Source: Verrucomicrobiota bacterium
Lineage (GTDB): Bacteria; Verrucomicrobiota; Verrucomicrobiia; Limisphaerales; CANJSG01
DNA: 64,000 nucleotides
Assembly: GCA_038209745.1 (NCBI GenBank)
Contig: JBBQXJ010000001.1
Location: 103,358-167,357, forward strand
Direction: 5' to 3'
The notes under the pieces are model-generated. The model saw only the letters and a program-made list of their open reading frames with translations, was not told where the DNA came from and searched no databases. This document shows, piece after piece, positions 1 to 8,540 of the stretch. Position numbers and translations under genes: made by a program. Position 1 is the stretch's first letter; every line of letters starts with the position of its first letter.

Positions 1-369
1 CTGATCATCCGCCTGGTCAGCGTGAGCGAGCCGGACAAGGACGCCCGTCGCACCATCAGCTACGAGCTGAACGGCATGGGCCGCGAAGCCTTCATCTCCG
101 ACAAGAAGGTGTCCCCGCAGACCAAGACCCGGCCCAAGGCCGATCTGGCCGATCCGCTCCAGGTGCCCGCTCCGATCCCCGGACTGGTCGCCAGCCTCAC
201 CGTCACCGTCGGTCAGAAGATCGCCAAGGGCGACAAGCTGCTGATGATGGAAGCGATGAAGATGCAGACCACCGTCACCTCGCCCATCGACGGCGTCGTG
301 GCCGAAGTCCTCGCAGTCGTCGGCGACACCGTGGAGGCGAAGGACCTGCTGATGAGGCTGCGGGCGTGA
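1..369 (+). CDS. pyc: Pyruvate carboxylase, C-terminal biotin-carrier end (5' part outside window)
   Basis: Frame open from base 1; 'RTISYELNG..RE' linker followed by a biotinyl domain 'APIPG...EAMKMQ'. Confidence 0.85.
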   Translation: MIIRLVSVSEPDKDARRTISYELNGMGREAFISDKKVSPQTKTRPKADLADPLQVPAPIPGLVASLTVTVGQKIAKGDKLLMMEAMKMQTTVTSPIDGVVAEVLAVVGDTVEAKDLLMRLRA

Positions 370-448
370 GCCACAGCCCCGTGACTGCCGACGTGGGGAG
401 GTGGAAGTCTCCTGTAGGCTGGGCCGATCCGCCTCGGCACCTCGGCGG

Positions 449-2164
449 CTACTTGGCTTCTCCCAGTCGGCTCAAGTCCGGTCGTTGCCGGTGCCAAGCG
501 GTCGCATTCTGATAAACGGCCGCCGCTTCCAGGGCTTCGGCTTCGCCGAACAGTTTTCCCAGGAAGCAGAAACTCGCCTGGGCGTCTCCTGTCTTGTCGC
601 CGTTGGGCACCACCACGCAGGGATGGCCGGTCATGTTGGCGTAGAGCAGCGAGTTTCCGACCCAGGTGGGGACGACCAGCACGTCCAGTTCCGCGAACAG
701 CGCGTCCATCTCGGCCATGAGACGCGTGCGAAGCCGGTTGGCCTGGAGATAGTCCACGGCGGAGACGAAGCGGGCGCTGCGGAAGATGTTGGGCCAACTG
801 TCGTCGGACTGCTGCACGAGCTGGTCGTCGAGGCTGCTGCGGGTCAGTTCGTCGAAGGCCGCCGCCGATTCGGCGTCGAGGATGAGATAGAGAGGCTCCT
901 TGGGAATCCGCTGCATCGTGACGGGCCGGAGCTGTGCGCCGAGCGAGCGCAGCACCGCCAACGCCGCCAGATCGTTGGTGCGGTTGCCATGGTCGCGCTC
1001 GAACTCCTCCTGGAGCACGCCAATGCGCAGATCCTTCAACGATCGTCCCGAGACGTAGTGGAACGGCGCTTCGATGGCCGAAAGATCCTTCCCGTCCGCG
1101 CCGCGAATCGCGTTGAGCACGAGGGTGCAATCTTCGGCGCTGCGAGCCAACGGGCCCAGCTTGTCCATCGACCAGCTGAGGGTCATCGCGCCGGTCCGAC
1201 TGACGCGACCGAAGGTCGGCCGAAGTCCGGTGACCCCGCACACGGTGGACGGAGAAACGATGGAACCCAGGGTTTCAGAACCGATGGCGAACGGCACCAG
1301 CCCGGCCGCGACAGCCGCCGCGGAACCGGCGGACGATCCGCTGGAGCCCGTGTCCGGCTTCCACGGATTCCGGGTCAATCCGCCGAACCAAACGTCGCCC
1401 ATCGCCAGTTCGCCCATGCTGAGCTTCGCCACCAGCACCGCACCTGCTTCGCCGAGCTTCCGGATCACGGTCGCATCGGCGTCGAAGACCTGGTTGGTAA
1501 ACGGAGGCGCACCCCAGGTGGTCCGAATGCCTTTGGTGGAGAGAAGATCCTTCGCGCCGTAAGGAATGCCGTGGAGCGGTCCGCGCCAATGTCCCGCCGC
1601 CAAGTCGGTGTCGGCGCGGCGTGCTTCCTCCAAGGCCCGCTCTTCCGTCAGCGTCACCACACAGTGAAGGGGCGGGCCGTAGCGCTTCAACCGGCCGAGG
1701 CAGAAGCGGGTGAGCTCTTCCGACGTTAACTGCTTCGACCGGATAAGCACCGAGAGCTCGGCGACCGAATAATACGCGAGATCATCATGCCGGGCTGGAA
1801 GACGCACCTCGCCCGGTGGGCTCCACTGGATGCCGTCGGGCCCGGTCGGCATCTTGAACCCCGGCGGCCTAGGATCGAAGACCAACGCCGGAGCCAGACT
1901 GTTGGGAAACGACTGCGCGTGGAGGATCGCCAGCGTCTCCAAGCGCCGGTTCACATTGGCGGTGGCCTGGGCCGCCTCGGCCAGAGTGAATTCAAGATCC
2001 AGCAGACGGGCGGCCACGGCGACCTCATTGGAACCAACCGGCGAAGGTGTCTCCGCCGGTCGCGCCACGGTCGCTGCCAGGAGACAGACGGTCAGACAGA
2101 GGGCCCAAGCCGATCGGTTAGCGGCCCATCGGGAACGGCAGACACGCGGCGACGAAATTCGCAT
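449..2164 (-). CDS. Secreted amidase-signature (GatA-like) amidase
   Basis: GIPYGAKDLL, GSSGSSAGSAAAVAAG and GSETLGSIVSPS motifs (Lys/cis-Ser/Ser triad); N-terminal signal-like segment; start uncertain. Confidence 0.9.
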   Translation of the reverse strand: MRISSPRVCRSRWAANRSAWALCLTVCLLAATVARPAETPSPVGSNEVAVAARLLDLEFTLAEAAQATANVNRRLETLAILHAQSFPNSLAPALVFDPRPPGFKMPTGPDGIQWSPPGEVRLPARHDDLAYYSVAELSVLIRSKQLTSEELTRFCLGRLKRYGPPLHCVVTLTEERALEEARRADTDLAAGHWRGPLHGIPYGAKDLLSTKGIRTTWGAPPFTNQVFDADATVIRKLGEAGAVLVAKLSMGELAMGDVWFGGLTRNPWKPDTGSSGSSAGSAAAVAAGLVPFAIGSETLGSIVSPSTVCGVTGLRPTFGRVSRTGAMTLSWSMDKLGPLARSAEDCTLVLNAIRGADGKDLSAIEAPFHYVSGRSLKDLRIGVLQEEFERDHGNRTNDLAALAVLRSLGAQLRPVTMQRIPKEPLYLILDAESAAAFDELTRSSLDDQLVQQSDDSWPNIFRSARFVSAVDYLQANRLRTRLMAEMDALFAELDVLVVPTWVGNSLLYANMTGHPCVVVPNGDKTGDAQASFCFLGKLFGEAEALEAAAVYQNATAWHRQRPDLSRLGEAK

Positions 2165-2185
2165 AGATGGATTTTCTCTTCGGGT

Positions 2186-2458
2186 TCACGCATTGCCGCT
2201 TCCGAGCGGCACGACGGACTGAACACGCAAGGCCGTCGTCCAGCAATCGACGATTGGATGGCGCGGCCGATGTTCCCGGTTCGCCCGCCCATGCACGGGC
2301 CGGGCTTTGCCCGCTTCCTCCAGGCCAAACCGCTTGATCGCCGCGATGGTGGTGATCGGAGCGTCGTCCGATCTGGCAGCCGACGACAGCGCGAGCACCA
2401 GCAGGGCGGCGGCTCCGGACCGGCGCCGAAAGAGGATCTTTGTCGACCCGTGCTTCAT
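2186..2458 (-). pseudogene. Possible truncated 5' fragment of a periplasmic-sensor histidine kinase-type gene
   Basis: Signal peptide then 'ITTIAAIKRFGLEEAGKARPVH', resembling the N-terminus of large verrucomicrobial sensor proteins, after which the similarity breaks off. Confidence 0.35.
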
Positions 2459-2526
2459 GGTTCCTGTGAGCCAGAGGAAAGCGCCATCCAGGATCATCGA
2501 TCCGAGTTCCAGGTCGGCCTTGTCGA

Positions 2527-5500
2527 TCAAAACCGCGCGACGATGGTTGCATCGCCGAGGTCGCCCGGCAGTTCGATCCATTCGCCTTTGAACTCGGTCC
2601 ACGGCTTGCCGTTCACCATGACCGACTGGATGGACCGTTCGCGCGGCTCGCGGACACGCACCCTGATTCGCGTCGGCGGGTTTCGCCGTGGGCCTTCGAG
2701 ACGCGCGGTGATTTCATTCTCACCCCCGCTGTAGATCACGCTCATCGGACCGAAATAGGTGGCGGCGCGTTCGATGCCGCACCTCTGTCCCTGCGCCAAC
2801 CAGCCGCGCGGCACGGCCTGGCCGATGAGCAGGGTGTCGTCTTCCTCGCGCACGAAGAGATAGCGGAGCCATCCGGCCACGTTCGCCTCGTCGCTGCTCT
2901 TGAAGATGTCGCCCTTCCAGTCGCCCATCTCGGGCAAGGCGTGCTCGGTGTTCATCCGCACGTCGGGGAAATGGCTCACGGCCTCGGCGTTGAAGAGGGC
3001 GCGGAGGGCCTGTTTCACGTCGTCGCGATGGAGATACGGTTCGACGTCGAGCAGCAGGCACGCCTGCATGGACATGCCGCCGCGTCCGAACCAATTGCGC
3101 TCGAAGTCGTCGAGCACATAGCCGTATTGATTCGAGAGATAGAGGTTGTCCTCGTAGTCGTTCAAAATCCAGGTCGCAAGCTCGGAGCGCGGGGCGATGG
3201 CGCCGGTGATGAGCAGGTGCATCGGCCCTTCGAGGGTCTGGCAGATCCAGCCGAAGCTGCGGCCCCGACGGTGGACCTGCGACGGGATTTGCGGCACGGC
3301 CGTGCCGTCGCGCAGCCGCACCACGGGCGAACGCTCCATCGCCCTGGTGAAATTGGCGATCAGCGCCCGATGGTAGTCGTCCGCCGCCCGGCGGATGCGG
3401 CCGGCGTCCGGATGGTGGACCTGTTCCAGCGCCCAGGCGGCGCTGTCCAGCCCGCGCCACGTGTAGCAGCTCGTGGAAAGCCAGGTCCACCAGTCGCCGA
3501 TGTCTTCGAGGCTGCCGGCCGGGAGGAGGCCTCGCTCCAGTTCCGGTCGATCCTTGGTCCGTGCTGTTTCGCGGATGATCCAGTCGCACGCCTTGACGAT
3601 TCCGGGTGCCGCGCCGCGCAGCCACGGTTCGTCCCGGGTGAAGCGGTAGTGCTCCGCCATCATCCAGAGAATCCATCCGTGGTGCTGGTTGTAGCCGCCC
3701 GCCTCGTACCCGCCCGCGCCGTAGAGCACGCCGTCACGGGAGGCGAAGGAGCCGGGCAGTTCCACGGTGCCCTGATAGTGGAGCCAAGCGTCCAGGCACT
3801 CCCGCGCTTCCCGGTGGTAGCCGCGTCGGTCGAGATCCACGACCATCATGCACGACTCGTTGCCGTAGACCCCGTAGACGAAGGAGCCGACCCGCGCGAA
3901 CCGACGGTCGCTGCCCGGCTCGCGTTCGCAGTTCACCAGCAGATGCATCGCGTGCGAACGGTAGAACTCGTTGAGCATCGGCTCCGGCGTGACGAGGACG
4001 GAGCTCTCGTCCATCCGCCTTCGCCAGTAGCCCGCCACCGCCGTCCGCTCCGTGTCGAAGTCGAGCCGCTTCAAGGCGGCGCGCTCGGCCGGCTCGGTGA
4101 GGACCAGGTAGGGGATCTTCAGAACCATCGTCTTGGCTTGTCCCGGAATCAGCGTGACCACGATCCGGCCCGGATCGGAGGCCCACTCGCCGGGCGTCCC
4201 GGACACGATCAACCCGCGGAAGTTGTCTCCGTTCCAGACAACTCCGTCGGGGTCCACGCGCACGACCGGCCTGAGTTCGCCGGCCTCGAGTTTCAACGGG
4301 AGCGTGACAGTCCGGGGCTCGGACGTCGTGTTCGTGAAGGTGAAGCGGGCCATGAAGACGACGGTCGAATCGGCTGGTGGCACGGGCCCGACGGCTTGGG
4401 TGCCCTCCAGCGGGGTGACGAAGGCGGTCTGGTCGATTCGCACGCCGGGCTGGTCCCAGGTGGTTTCGCAGACGGGCAGGCTTTCCTCTTCCAGGTTCCG
4501 ATGCGATGGCTCGTAGGACAGGCCGAACCGCAGGGCCATGTCGGGCTTTTCCAAGGCGAGACGCGGTGTGTCCTTGCCGGGACGGGCCGCCAAGTAGGAG
4601 TCGTTCGCCCGGAAATCGACACTGCCGTCCGCGCGGAGACGAAACCGCTGCCGACCTCCGTCGAGACCGAGCGGGAAGCTGATCCGTGACTTCTTGGGAG
4701 GCATCCCGTCCCAGGCCTTGCGCCAAGTCTGCTCGGGCAATTCGGCGACGCGGTCGTAGAGGGTCTTTTGGCCGCGCGACCTGGTTTCGGTCGCGACCGC
4801 CGCGTAGTCGCGCTGATCGCCGCCGGGCAGGACGACGACGCCGAGGTGCGGCAGCAAAAGCGGGCCTCCCTTCAGATCGTCCATCGCGAAGGTGAAGACA
4901 TCCCTGTCCCGGCTGATCGTCACCAGCGTCCGGTCGAAGGTGTTCGGGTCCGGATTCACGGCCGTCTCGACGAGGTAGCGGCCACCCAGAGGCCGGATCG
5001 ATTCGGCCCGGACGACGCGCCCGTTGAACACCGCGTCGACGCGCGCCTGCGCCGGCTTCTCCCAGGCGAGCTGGAAGGACCGTTCCTGCAAAGTCGAATC
5101 CGTGAACGCGCTTATCGCGGACGGAGGAGCGGCCGGACCGTCGACCGCGACGCGGAGTTTGAGCGTGTAGCGAAAACGAGCGGCGTAGTCCTTGAGCTGG
5201 GGGAATTCCTTCGCGTTGACCGGCCGGAAGGTGAAGACGATCGCATGGCCCTCGATCTGCGCGTCGGTGTCCGCTGCCCGCCAGCCGTCCTTATACCAGT
5301 TGCCGAGCTCCATCCAGCCGACGTCGCCGCCGCCGGGCTCGCGGTCCTTCGGCAACCGCTGCTCGGGCCAGCGGCTGCCCCAGTATTCGAGTCGGACGTG
5401 GTCAGGCGAGGGTGGCGTGTCGGTGAACCCGACGACCACCCGATGAATTTCGCGAGGGTCCTCCCACATCACTCCGTTGCCATCGGGCAGCGGCAGACCA

Positions 5501-5589
5501 AAGGGCGCGACGTCCAGTTGAGCCGCTCTGGTGGAAACGGCGAGAAGCAGACCCAGAAGAACACCGCGCAACCGGAGCATGGGGAGCAT
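2527..5589 (-). CDS. Large secreted protein with probable six-hairpin (alpha/alpha)6 glycoside hydrolase-like domain
   Basis: 1020 aa; signal peptide; 'HHGWILW..AEHYRFTRDEPWL', 'GLLPAGSLED' and C-terminal 'GIERAATYFGPMS' typical of six-hairpin glycosidase-like proteins. Confidence 0.65.
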   Translation of the reverse strand: MLPMLRLRGVLLGLLLAVSTRAAQLDVAPFGLPLPDGNGVMWEDPREIHRVVVGFTDTPPSPDHVRLEYWGSRWPEQRLPKDREPGGGDVGWMELGNWYKDGWRAADTDAQIEGHAIVFTFRPVNAKEFPQLKDYAARFRYTLKLRVAVDGPAAPPSAISAFTDSTLQERSFQLAWEKPAQARVDAVFNGRVVRAESIRPLGGRYLVETAVNPDPNTFDRTLVTISRDRDVFTFAMDDLKGGPLLLPHLGVVVLPGGDQRDYAAVATETRSRGQKTLYDRVAELPEQTWRKAWDGMPPKKSRISFPLGLDGGRQRFRLRADGSVDFRANDSYLAARPGKDTPRLALEKPDMALRFGLSYEPSHRNLEEESLPVCETTWDQPGVRIDQTAFVTPLEGTQAVGPVPPADSTVVFMARFTFTNTTSEPRTVTLPLKLEAGELRPVVRVDPDGVVWNGDNFRGLIVSGTPGEWASDPGRIVVTLIPGQAKTMVLKIPYLVLTEPAERAALKRLDFDTERTAVAGYWRRRMDESSVLVTPEPMLNEFYRSHAMHLLVNCEREPGSDRRFARVGSFVYGVYGNESCMMVVDLDRRGYHREARECLDAWLHYQGTVELPGSFASRDGVLYGAGGYEAGGYNQHHGWILWMMAEHYRFTRDEPWLRGAAPGIVKACDWIIRETARTKDRPELERGLLPAGSLEDIGDWWTWLSTSCYTWRGLDSAAWALEQVHHPDAGRIRRAADDYHRALIANFTRAMERSPVVRLRDGTAVPQIPSQVHRRGRSFGWICQTLEGPMHLLITGAIAPRSELATWILNDYEDNLYLSNQYGYVLDDFERNWFGRGGMSMQACLLLDVEPYLHRDDVKQALRALFNAEAVSHFPDVRMNTEHALPEMGDWKGDIFKSSDEANVAGWLRYLFVREEDDTLLIGQAVPRGWLAQGQRCGIERAATYFGPMSVIYSGGENEITARLEGPRRNPPTRIRVRVREPRERSIQSVMVNGKPWTEFKGEWIELPGDLGDATIVARF

Positions 5590-5645
5590 ACGGACGGAAG
5601 CGTGCGTTCATCGCCGCTGTCCTTCCAGTCGCAAATCGGCCCCCG

Positions 5646-7295
5646 CTAGAACCGGCGGAGCATCGCGTAGGCGAGGTTCCGCCGGATGTGCTGGCGGTTC
5701 TCGGCGTCGTAGTAGTCCGCAGGATTGAAGTCGTCCGTCATCACGATCCCGTGGGTCGGGTCGGCCTCGAAGATGCCGTTCAGCACTTCGCTCATCTGAC
5801 CGCGAAGGTCCGGATGGACCCGGCTGAGTTCGACCTGCCTCTTCGGACTCAACGGCGAGGGCGAGGCGACGAAGAACATGTTTCCGTTGCCCGATTCGTG
5901 GAGCCGCACGTCCGCGAAGACCGCACGAAGCGTCTTCTGCAGCGACGCGGCGAAGAAGTCCTTCCCCGGGGTGCGATCGCCGAAACAGTTGATCACGAGA
6001 ACGCCCTGCTCGTGCATGACCGCGCGCACGGCGGTGAACGCTTCGCGGGTCATCAGGTGCGACGGGGAGGAGTCGCCCAGAAACGCGTCGAGGATGACGG
6101 CGTCGTAGCGGTTTGTGTTGCCGTTGAGGACCTGGCGGCCGTCGCCGATGACGAGGTTCAGCCTGGAGACATCGAGGTCGAAGAACTTCTGGGCGACCGG
6201 GACGACGGCGGGATTGATCTCCACGACGTCCACCCGGAGACCTTCGGCGGCGAAGCGACCGGGAACGATGCCGACGCCCATGCCGATGCAGAGCACGGAA
6301 TCCAGCCGCGCGGTGTAGGCGATCGCCAGATCGTGCAGCGCGTAGGTGAAGAGCGAAAGGCTCTGCTTGGACGAGGGCTCGTAGGTGTTCTGCATCAGGT
6401 AGTCGTTCAGGTAGTAGCGGTGCCCGTCGCGCGACTCGATGACCTGTAGACGCCCGAAGTTCGAGTTGCCCCGGAACAGCTCCCGGTGGTTCGCGAACTC
6501 CGGCTGGTTCGATTGGACCCCGGCCACGACACCGAGCAGCGCGATGGCGACGGTCGCGACACCGGCGCGTTTGGCCGAGCGGCTCCACACGGCAAAGAAC
6601 ACGAGGGCCAACAAAGCGAGAACTCCGGCCGTGGCCAGCATCGTCACGGAATTCGGCGACAAGGGGATCAGCACATAGCCGATGGCGGCGGTGCCGACCA
6701 GGCTGCCCACCGTGCTGACGGCGGACAACCGGCCGACGCTGCCGCCCACGTTCTTGAGATGGCTCGTGATGAAGCGGACGAGGAAGGGCCCCGTCATCGC
6801 GAGCAGGACCAGCGGGACGAAGTAAAGGAAGGCCGCCGCCGCCAACGAACCGACCGCCAACGAGAACCCTAGACAGACCGTGGCCACGGCCCGCAGCCCG
6901 AGCACGCCCAGACAGAGATAGCCGGCCGCCGCGAGCATCCCGCCGAAGAGCCGGCCGAGATTTCCGGTGGCATCGGCCCAACGCCCGCCGATGTAATAGC
7001 CCAGCGCCAGCGACGCCATGACCACGCCGATCTGCGCGGTCCACACGAAGTGCGACGTCCCAAAAAACGGGGCCAACATCTTCGCCCCGAGGATCTCGAT
7101 GACCATGATGGCGGCACCGTTGAACGCGGCGGTGAGGAAGATGAATCTCCGGAGACCGGGAGAGAGACTGTCGGCGGTTTGCACGGGGCCGGACGATAGC
7201 GCGGCGTCGGGGGGCGGCAATGGAGGATTCCATCTACGTGCGGTTCCGCGCAGCTGGCGTTGGGCCGAATTTTCAAATCCTCCCGAGCTGGTCAA
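5646..7295 (-). CDS. Fused membrane domain / spermidine synthase-like SAM methyltransferase
   Basis: Several N-terminal TM helices; 'VLCIGMGVG', 'VDVVEINP', 'YDAVILDAF', 'MTDDFNP'; true start may be downstream of 7295. Confidence 0.9.
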   Translation of the reverse strand: MTSSGGFENSAQRQLRGTARRWNPPLPPPDAALSSGPVQTADSLSPGLRRFIFLTAAFNGAAIMVIEILGAKMLAPFFGTSHFVWTAQIGVVMASLALGYYIGGRWADATGNLGRLFGGMLAAAGYLCLGVLGLRAVATVCLGFSLAVGSLAAAAFLYFVPLVLLAMTGPFLVRFITSHLKNVGGSVGRLSAVSTVGSLVGTAAIGYVLIPLSPNSVTMLATAGVLALLALVFFAVWSRSAKRAGVATVAIALLGVVAGVQSNQPEFANHRELFRGNSNFGRLQVIESRDGHRYYLNDYLMQNTYEPSSKQSLSLFTYALHDLAIAYTARLDSVLCIGMGVGIVPGRFAAEGLRVDVVEINPAVVPVAQKFFDLDVSRLNLVIGDGRQVLNGNTNRYDAVILDAFLGDSSPSHLMTREAFTAVRAVMHEQGVLVINCFGDRTPGKDFFAASLQKTLRAVFADVRLHESGNGNMFFVASPSPLSPKRQVELSRVHPDLRGQMSEVLNGIFEADPTHGIVMTDDFNPADYYDAENRQHIRRNLAYAMLRRF

Positions 7296-7750
7296 CCGAT
7301 CGGAGGCGAAGTTGCGGCCGCTTCACCCGAGAGCGTGAGCGTCGCCTCGAGGATGGCTTTCCCCTCCACCCGGATGTCGGCGGTGGCTTGGATCAGCCCG
7401 CCCATCCTGCCTTCGACGCGGGCCTCCACTTCGATCACTTGCCCGGGGCGGGCGCTGCCGAGGATCTTCACTTGGCGAAGCGCGGTGAGTTTGAGGGCGG
7501 CGAGTGGCGGGATCGTGGGATCGCTCTGGGCCACGACTCCGGCCAGCTGGGCGGCGGCTTCGATCAGGAGCACTCCGGGCATCAGAGGATTTCCGGGGAA
7601 ATGCCCGCTCAAGAAAGGTTCGTTTCCCCGCAGTCGATATTCGCCGCGACCGGAGCGGCCTGGATCGAGCGCGGTCAGGCGGTCGATGAAGCGGAACGCG
7701 GGCCCGTGCGGCAGGGCGGCGAGGGCGAGGCTCAGGGACGTTTCTTCCAC
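7292..7750 (-). CDS. FabA/FabZ-like 3-hydroxyacyl-ACP dehydratase
   Basis: 'LPHGPAFRFID', 'FLSGHFPGNPLMPGVLLIEAAAQ'. Confidence 0.9.
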   Translation of the reverse strand: MEETSLSLALAALPHGPAFRFIDRLTALDPGRSGRGEYRLRGNEPFLSGHFPGNPLMPGVLLIEAAAQLAGVVAQSDPTIPPLAALKLTALRQVKILGSARPGQVIEVEARVEGRMGGLIQATADIRVEGKAILEATLTLSGEAAATSPPIG

Positions 7751-8532
7751 GGTTCGGTGATCTTGTATTCGCCGGCGTCGGGAGCGGCGAAGGTGGATGG
7801 CGTGATCTCCGGATTGACCCGCACGTTGCGGAAATCATTCCGGAGCACGGAGCCGTCGGCCAGCGTCAGCTCGGTCGCCACGAGGTTCTTCGTCTCGATC
7901 GAAAAGACCACGCCGACGGACGGGATCATCTCCCGGGCGGCCGGTTGGCGCGGGATCAGGTCCAGCTGGTAGAGGTCGTTCGTGCGGGTGAAGGCGCGGA
8001 GCTCATACTGCGCCCGGAACGTCGTGGCATCGCGGGGGAAGCCGCTTTCGAGCAGCGCCATGGCGTCGCGCCACGGTCCGGTGGCGCTGCCGTCGAGCGG
8101 GAAATGTTCGGCGCGCTTGAGCTTCGGCGACAGGAGCCACATGTCCGGACCGTTGCGGATGGCGACCGTGCGGGCGGGTTGGCCGAGTTCCCAACGGAAC
8201 TTGTCCGGCGCACTGAACCAAATCTTGCCCTCCGCCTTGAGCGGCTCGGCCAACGCCTTGAGATGGCGCGTCTGGGTGAGGTCGGCGGTCCAGGTCTTGA
8301 GCTCCTTCTGCGACTCCAGCCAAGACTTGAGGAGGGCGTTGGTGTCGGCCGCGTAGGCGCTGGACCCAAAAAGCCAGGCGAAGAGAAGCAGCCACCGATG
8401 GACCCGGATGGACCCGGATGGACAAGGTGAAAGCCGGAAGCCGGTGGCGGCGGATCCGTCCCACGACGCCGAAGGACCGACCTGTCTACGGAAGCCATCC
8501 GCAGAATTCCATCCGGGTTGATCTGTGTTCAT
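7732..8532 (-). CDS. LolA-like outer-membrane lipoprotein carrier protein
   Basis: 'TADLTQTRHLKALAEPLKAEGKIWFSAPDKFRWE'; ATG at 8532 overlaps the upstream stop (ATGA). Confidence 0.85.
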   Translation of the reverse strand: MNTDQPGWNSADGFRRQVGPSASWDGSAATGFRLSPCPSGSIRVHRWLLLFAWLFGSSAYAADTNALLKSWLESQKELKTWTADLTQTRHLKALAEPLKAEGKIWFSAPDKFRWELGQPARTVAIRNGPDMWLLSPKLKRAEHFPLDGSATGPWRDAMALLESGFPRDATTFRAQYELRAFTRTNDLYQLDLIPRQPAAREMIPSVGVVFSIETKNLVATELTLADGSVLRNDFRNVRVNPEITPSTFAAPDAGEYKITEPWKKRP

Positions 8533-8540
8533 CTGTGGTT
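8391..8540. repeat. Palindromic element with tandem 10-bp units (GATGGACCCG / ATCTGTGTTC type)
   Basis: gatggacccg tandem units at 8397-8423 face complementary atccgggttg-atctgtgttc-atctgtggtt at 8511-8540. Confidence 0.7.
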
